Source: Candidatus Micrarchaeota archaeon (lineage in GTDB: Archaea; Micrarchaeota; Micrarchaeia; Anstonellales; Bilamarchaeaceae). Taken from it: DNA of 64,000 bases. Made by a program: the position numbers and the translations under genes. Within the stretch, counting starts at the first letter, position 1. Each line of letters starts with the position of its first letter. The notes below the pieces were generated by a model. It made no database searches and had not been told where the DNA came from. It saw only the letters and a list, made by a program, of their open reading frames with translations. Shown here piece by piece: positions 58,359 through 64,000 of this stretch. The stretch covers positions 1,889 through 65,888 of the forward strand of contig JAFGCC010000002.1 in assembly GCA_016932815.1 (NCBI GenBank), in the 5' to 3' direction.

Positions 58359-59867
58359 TCAGATTGCCCCGGATATTTTCGGGTTCAATCCCTTGAATTT
58401 GGAGAGCCATTCCTTCCTGCTAATCCTGAGTTCGTTGGTTAGTCTCGCGTATTCCTCCTCTTCGTAGAGGGACCGCGGGTGCAGCTTGCAGCCTTCCACT
58501 TCCGGGATTTCTTTTGGGAGGAGGTAGCCCCACTCCCCATCCTGTTCCCAGGAGATGCCGCCCCTTGCAATCTCCTTTATTATGGAGGCGGAATCGTGCA
58601 CGGTTATCTTCCTTGCTTCTCCCTTGCCGCCTTCGCCTACCCCACCGGTATTTAGGAGGTAGCACTCCAGGTGCGGATTCTTCCCCAGGATTTCTAGGAA
58701 TCGGTTTCCCTCCTCGTATTCGGGGCCGATTATGAAGGGGTTTGTGCCCACTACCCTGCGGGGCTTTCCCGCATCAATATCCGAGGCTGCGCTTCCCACG
58801 GATTCGCCTAGCATGAAGAATGCGGCTGCCTGGAGGGGGCCAAGCTTTGCAACCGCGGGAACGATATTGTTCCAGCGGGTTATGAACAGTATCATGTCCA
58901 CTTCCTTTAGGCTTATCCCTTTTTTCGTGTGCCCGATTTCGCTTCGCAGGACCACCGCCCTCCCATTGGAAGTCAGGGTGCAATCTGAAAAATCCGGTTT
59001 TCCGCCCCCATTTAGCTTAACGTTCTCCAAGAGGGCGTTGGGGCTTGTTGCGGCCTTGTATAGGAGGGGCTGGGATTTTGGCTCTAGGCCTTCGGTTTTT
59101 ATGTAGAAATTGTCCTCTGTGCCCCGGCATGAGGAATCGGCCTGCATCAGGACCACGTCGTCTTGGAGAATGGTTACGCTTTCCCCCTTTGAGGCATCCA
59201 GCCAGTGGTGGTGGCAGGTAAGGGTGGTCTTCCCGGTTGCGCTAAGGCCAAAGAGCAGGACTCCTTTTTCAATAAGCTTTCCGTCCTTTTGCAGGGCGGA
59301 GATTGTTTTTGAGCCTGCGTGCAGGCCCAGGCCGCCTGCCATCTTGGCCTTGTGCATTGCCATTCGGAGGTTGGCTTTCTTGAGCTCCCCGGTGTAGTCT
59401 GAGCCTAGTATGAAGGTTATGCCGCTTGGGGCGTGGGCGAGGATTTTGGTTTCTTGCCATTCCGGGACTTGCACACTGGTAAAGTCCGGGGATTTCCCTT
59501 TTTTGGGGGGAAAAAGCATCTTCGCCCACATAAAGGGGATGTGGGGGTATGCTGCGGAAACGTATGCGCGGCAGTAAAACGGGTTTTCCATGCACATTCT
59601 TCTATCCACTCTGAGGAGCTTTTTCCCCTTTAGGTACTGCGCCACGCTCGTGATTAGGGATTCTTGGGCGGATGTTGGCTTCCCTTCTATTATCGTTGTC
59701 AGGGACGCGCTCCTTCCGCGTATTTTCGTGGTGTAGCACATGCTCCCGTATGCGGTCTGCACCCCTTCTTTTTTGGAGATTTCTAGGAGGCGCCCAAAAG
59801 ACGGGTTTGCATCAATCTGCGCCCCTTTTCCTATTTCCCTTATAGCTTCTTCAAAATCCAAGTGCAC
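58359..59867 (-). CDS. pckA: Phosphoenolpyruvate carboxykinase (ATP)
   Basis: YTGELKK, LHAGSK, P-loop FGLSATGKTTL, QDD, YIKT, LENV, NGRAV. Confidence 0.9.
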   Translation of the reverse strand: MHLDFEEAIREIGKGAQIDANPSFGRLLEISKKEGVQTAYGSMCYTTKIRGRSASLTTIIEGKPTSAQESLITSVAQYLKGKKLLRVDRRMCMENPFYCRAYVSAAYPHIPFMWAKMLFPPKKGKSPDFTSVQVPEWQETKILAHAPSGITFILGSDYTGELKKANLRMAMHKAKMAGGLGLHAGSKTISALQKDGKLIEKGVLLFGLSATGKTTLTCHHHWLDASKGESVTILQDDVVLMQADSSCRGTEDNFYIKTEGLEPKSQPLLYKAATSPNALLENVKLNGGGKPDFSDCTLTSNGRAVVLRSEIGHTKKGISLKEVDMILFITRWNNIVPAVAKLGPLQAAAFFMLGESVGSAASDIDAGKPRRVVGTNPFIIGPEYEEGNRFLEILGKNPHLECYLLNTGGVGEGGKGEARKITVHDSASIIKEIARGGISWEQDGEWGYLLPKEIPEVEGCKLHPRSLYEEEEYARLTNELRISRKEWLSKFKGLNPKISGAI

Positions 59868-59963
59868 ACCCTGTGTGCAGCTTCTGCAAGAACCAATTAT
59901 ATTGTTTGCTGTTTGGGAAGGCTGGTGGAGGGGTTTATAATGCGTGGGGGAGTTGGCAGGAGC

Positions 59964-60371
59964 ATGGAGGGGGAATTGAAGAAAAGGCTTTCCAAAGAGG
60001 AATACAGGGTCCTAAGGGAGAAGGGAACCGAACCTCCATTTAGCGGGGAATACAACGAAAACAAGCGCGAGGGGACATACCGGTGCAAAGCATGCGGCAA
60101 CGTGCTATTTAGGTCAAAGGAAAAATTCGATTCCAAGAGCGGATGGCCCAGCTTTTTTGAAGTTGAAGAGGGTGCCGTGGAATTGCGGGAGGACTTGAGC
60201 CACGCTATGGTGCGCACGGAAGTCCTGTGCAAAAAATGCAAGAGCCACCTTGGGCACCTCTTCTATGACGGGCCCATGCCCACCGGAAAGAGGTACTGCA
60301 TAAACTCCCTCGCACTTGATTTTGAAGGGAAAAAATGCGGAAAGGCGGGAAGCTGCGCAAAGAAGGGATAG
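59964..60371 (+). CDS. msrB: Peptide methionine sulfoxide reductase MsrB
   Basis: GTEPPF, CKAC, SGWPSF, HLGHLFYDGP, RYCINS. Confidence 0.96.
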   Translation: MEGELKKRLSKEEYRVLREKGTEPPFSGEYNENKREGTYRCKACGNVLFRSKEKFDSKSGWPSFFEVEEGAVELREDLSHAMVRTEVLCKKCKSHLGHLFYDGPMPTGKRYCINSLALDFEGKKCGKAGSCAKKG

Positions 60372-60472
60372 CAACCTATTGCGGGGGGCTCTTGCGCTTG
60401 CCCCCATGGGGGTTGGCGCAGGAGAGGGGAGCCAAGAAAGCCTTTTAAAAGATAAACCCAATTTTGAAAGTT

Positions 60473-63400
60473 ATGTATCTCCTGCGCAACGCCGTTGTGG
60501 CTGCATTTTTCATGCTCATTATTTCCGGGATTGCACACCCGGCGAACCTGCTTACCAACCCGGATGCGGAAACCGGGGACTTAACCGGGTGGACACTCGT
60601 CCCCTATCCAAGCGGGAGCACCTTCGTTGTGGGTTCCGGGGGGCTAGAAGGCGGAAGCTACCATTTTGCGGAGAACCGAGAGAGCGGGGCGACTGCAACC
60701 GGGCTGGCGTCTTTGAGCCAGGAGATAAACCTCACAGATGAGGGATATGGCGATTCCTACTTAGATAGCGCCCCCCCAATCGGGATAAAGGTTTACGTGC
60801 ACGGAGTGGTTTATGCGGGCTCCGACTTGTACCAGGTAATAGTGCAGCTAAAGGACTCCGAAGGCGGGGTGATTGATTCTTATGATACGGGGCAGCAGGT
60901 GGCGGGAAACGACTGGATATTAATTAGCCACAATTTCAGCGGATACGGCTCAGGGGTGCGCACCATAGATTTTGAGATGAAGGGAACAGATGGCGAGCAC
61001 TGGGCAGGGCAATACGGGGTGTTCTTTGATAATGCATCGGTGGAATTCAACGAGATTGTGCTCTCAAACTGCAGCCAGGAGCTTGATACCGCTTCAACCA
61101 TGTACAGGCTGGACAGGGACATTTCCGTGAACACGACTAATTGCCTCAACGTGACTGCGAGCAGCGTCCTCATAAATTGCGACGGCTATACGATAACCGG
61201 TGACAATTCCTCCGGGGCATATGGGATTTACACAAACCGCTTTGGGACCGGGGTGGTAAACTGCAACATCAGCAATTTTGAGCGCGCGGTTTATTTTTAT
61301 GGGACGGACAATGGGAGCATACGAAACAGCAGCCTCTATTCCACTAGGAGTTCGGGGAACGCGATGCGCTTTGAATCCTCTGCAAATTACAATATGATAG
61401 GGGACGTTTATGCATATTCGGCTTCCGGATACGTGTTCCTAATGAGCGGTTCGCGGGGGAACAGGATATACGGCACAACCATGGAGGGCGCATCCAGCTC
61501 TTATGCTTTTTACATGATGAGCTCGCACAACAATACGATTGAGAATTCCTCTTCTTCGTGCACTTCCGGGGCGCTGTGCGTCGGTTCCGCATCATCGGAC
61601 AACAATTTTACCAATTATAATGCGACTACGACCAGCGGGGTGGCGGTTTATGTCCTCTGGGACGGCTCAAGCAAATACGTGATAGGCAACAAGTTCGTGG
61701 GGCTGAATGCATATTCCTCTTCAAGCAGGGGCGTGAGCCTGGAAGTTGGGAGGTACAATGAGTTCATAAACTCCACTTTATATGGGGGGTGGGGAGAAGG
61801 ATTCTACTCCATGCAGGGCTACGACATGAAGATTGCCAACTGCAACGTTACTTCCAAGGGGGATTATGGAATGTACATTTATTCTTCTGACAGGCTCAAC
61901 ATCTCCGGGGGGAGGTACCAGTCGCTTTCTAGTTCCAGCAGCTATTATGGGGCATACGTAGTTCATACCGACGATTCTTACATCTCGGATGCGGAATTTG
62001 CCGGGAACAACTCGGTTGCGCTCTACCTCTCCAACAGCGACAACTGCGAGGCATTCAACAATACGCTTGAGAGCATTAGCGGGAGCACGACACTGCTTTA
62101 TCTCTCATTGGCCACCAACAGCCTGTTTTACTGGAACAATTTTACCGACACTTCGTCCATGTACGTTTATGCGGATACTGGCTCAACAGGGAATATGTTC
62201 AACCTGACCGAGGGGAACGTTTGGCATAACATCATAGACGGCTCGGTAAATGTCAGCGGCGCGGAAGCCTCAGGCGGATACCCGTGGCTGCGCGTGGGAA
62301 CCGGGGGGCCGGATTACCCTTATAGCAACGAAACCCAGCCCAAGCTTGGAAGGGGGGTTGTGGATTACCGTCCCCTGACTCCCAACTTCGCAAACGTGCC
62401 CACCCTGAATTCTGTTGAGATCCTGAATCTGAGCAACGGGACGCAGTTCTACAATTTCAGTTCGCTCTATGGATGGGCGCAGGCATCGGGGCCAGCCGAG
62501 ATAAACTACTATTATACATGGTACCTAAACGGGGAGGAAAATGAATCCGGGATTTATTGCAATGCAACCGGAGGTGCCCAAACGAACATCGCAAATGTCA
62601 CGTCCTCCCTTGAAGCGGGGCAGAACTGGACGCTGGAAGTGACAGCAGAAGGGGGAGGGTACAATAGCAGCGCAGACAATTCAAGCACCGTGGAAGTGTC
62701 GGCAATACCTGCTGTGGGAGTGACGATAAACTCCCCTGCGGAAAACTCAAGCAACTCCTCTTTGGTTGTGGAGATAAACCTTACTACTTCAAGTGTGTTC
62801 CTAAACTACACCAACATCTCCATTGTGGAGTATTCTAGCGGGGAAATCGTGAATTCCACGGTTAATTCAACGCTTGGGAATTTTGTGGTTGAGCTTGGGG
62901 TGCCCTCGGATGGAACGTACAACATCAGCGCGGTTGCGCATGATATTTTCGGGAGCAGCGGCTCGGACTCGCACGGGAACGTGGATCTGGATTCTAGTTC
63001 TCCGGATTCTAGCATAAGCAGCCCTTCGGATGGTGAGGAACTGCTGTTCTCTTCTACTCCAACGCTAATTTCCGCGGCTGCAAACGGGACGGGAACCGCA
63101 CCGGATTACTTTTACATGGGAATAAGCGGGGATGAGGGAACTCTTGAGTATTATTACAATTCAAGCGGGGGAAACAGCGCGAACTGCACCCTTGATTCGG
63201 ACTACCTAAGCTGCGGAATTTATGCGGAATTGAATTCAAGCGAATATTCGCTTGAGGTTCTCGTGCGGGATTCCCTGGACCGGAATTCCACTTCCAGCAT
63301 AACCTTCAACGTTTCTAGCACGTATGGGAATGGCTCGACTGTGAATTCTTCTGGGATGTCCAATGTTTCTGTTAGCGTAAACGGAACCGAGACCAACGGG

Positions 63401-64000
63401 AGCAGCTCGGTTTCCGGGGTGCTTCCGGTAAACGTCAGCTCATCTTCCGGTGAGGTTGCGGTATTCTACTACAACTTTTCTTATTCCGGGCTGAATTTCA
63501 GCTCGATTAGGATTGCAAACGGGAGCAGCGGGGGGATGCCGTATATCGAAATATCCGGAATACCTGAAGGCGGGAAAGTGGGGAGCAAGAACGTCACAAT
63601 CTATGGGGCTGTTTCCGGATACACCCAGGTGTGCGTGCTGGATGTGGAAAACGCATCCGCATCGCAGATATCCTCTTCCTGCAGCTCTGACAACGAAACG
63701 CTGCTAGAATGCGATGGGACTGTGGAAAACGGGAAGTGGTGCGAAATAAACGGGACGCAGATACGCTTGTACAACCTTACCCACTCTGCTGCCATGCAGT
63801 ATTCCCCTGCATCCTCTTCATCGGATGATGGGGGGAGCGATTATTCTGCTCCAAGGCTCTCGTATTCTTTTGACTGCGGAAGCGGGAAGCTTCGCGTTTA
63901 CGCAAGGGATTCCGGGGAATACGTAAGCGGGCTTGGGATATGCCTGTGGAAGGAGGGGGATGCGTATTCTAAGAAATTATCGTGCGTTGAAACCGGGAGC
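60473..64000 (+). CDS. Large surface glycoprotein (>1176 aa, runs off window): signal peptide, FBA-like lectin domain, parallel beta-helix, Ig-like domains
   Basis: Manual translation from ATG 60473 is stop-free to 64000; MYLLRNAVVAAFFMLIISGIAH signal; many N-x-S/T sequons. Confidence 0.9.
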   Translation, partial: MYLLRNAVVAAFFMLIISGIAHPANLLTNPDAETGDLTGWTLVPYPSGSTFVVGSGGLEGGSYHFAENRESGATATGLASLSQEINLTDEGYGDSYLDSAPPIGIKVYVHGVVYAGSDLYQVIVQLKDSEGGVIDSYDTGQQVAGNDWILISHNFSGYGSGVRTIDFEMKGTDGEHWAGQYGVFFDNASVEFNEIVLSNCSQELDTASTMYRLDRDISVNTTNCLNVTASSVLINCDGYTITGDNSSGAYGIYTNRFGTGVVNCNISNFERAVYFYGTDNGSIRNSSLYSTRSSGNAMRFESSANYNMIGDVYAYSASGYVFLMSGSRGNRIYGTTMEGASSSYAFYMMSSHNNTIENSSSSCTSGALCVGSASSDNNFTNYNATTTSGVAVYVLWDGSSKYVIGNKFVGLNAYSSSSRGVSLEVGRYNEFINSTLYGGWGEGFYSMQGYDMKIANCNVTSKGDYGMYIYSSDRLNISGGRYQSLSSSSSYYGAYVVHTDDSYISDAEFAGNNSVALYLSNSDNCEAFNNTLESISGSTTLLYLSLATNSLFYWNNFTDTSSMYVYADTGSTGNMFNLTEGNVWHNIIDGSVNVSGAEASGGYPWLRVGTGGPDYPYSNETQPKLGRGVVDYRPLTPNFANVPTLNSVEILNLSNGTQFYNFSSLYGWAQASGPAEINYYYTWYLNGEENESGIYCNATGGAQTNIANVTSSLEAGQNWTLEVTAEGGGYNSSADNSSTVEVSAIPAVGVTINSPAENSSNSSLVVEINLTTSSVFLNYTNISIVEYSSGEIVNSTVNSTLGNFVVELGVPSDGTYNISAVAHDIFGSSGSDSHGNVDLDSSSPDSSISSPSDGEELLFSSTPTLISAAANGTGTAPDYFYMGISGDEGTLEYYYNSSGGNSANCTLDSDYLSCGIYAELNSSEYSLEVLVRDSLDRNSTSSITFNVSSTYGNGSTVNSSGMSNVSVSVNGTETNGSSSVSGVLPVNVSSSSGEVAVFYYNFSYSGLNFSSIRIANGSSGGMPYIEISGIPEGGKVGSKNVTIYGAVSGYTQVCVLDVENASASQISSSCSSDNETLLECDGTVENGKWCEINGTQIRLYNLTHSAAMQYSPASSSSDDGGSDYSAPRLSYSFDCGSGKLRVYARDSGEYVSGLGICLWKEGDAYSKKLSCVETGS

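Noticed and set aside
58381-58395. GGTTCAATCCC resembling a tRNA T-loop
   Set aside because: Lies within pckA and no cloverleaf can be built.
60316-63795. Short ORFs listed in the track at the right end
   Set aside because: All are off-frame or antisense to the continuous 60473->64000 surface-protein frame.

Overview
Archaeal chromosome segment, most likely from a DPANN lineage such as Micrarchaeota (inferred from gene content and protein style, not proven). 1-16 kb holds the complete archaeal S10-spc ribosomal superoperon (rpl3 to secY, adk, cmk, cbf5) and tRNA-Ser(GGA). An inverted speD-speE pair follows, then rps13-rps4-rps11-rpoD and taw1. 21.6-27.0 kb is an unexplained tandem array of ten single-pass membrane coiled-coil proteins; seven end in the same C-terminal motif [VLI]-R-C-x-[ED]-G-[GE]-E-C-[KR]-stop, and the array has a thrice-repeated promoter. 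This is the best candidate for an undescribed system. The rest carries purP, cca, bacterial-type DNA gyrase (gyrB-gyrA), a triple excisionase-like HTH protein, PolB, AsnA with a divergent Lrp, Rad50, Cys-rich lipoproteins, an LrpA/AhpC/desulfoferrodoxin unit, form III RuBisCO, ATP-type PEP carboxykinase and MsrB. A surface protein of more than 1176 aa, missing from the ORF track, runs off the right edge and starts with an F-box-associated (Fbs1-like) glycan-binding domain. No CRISPR array, integrase, transposase or rRNA was seen.
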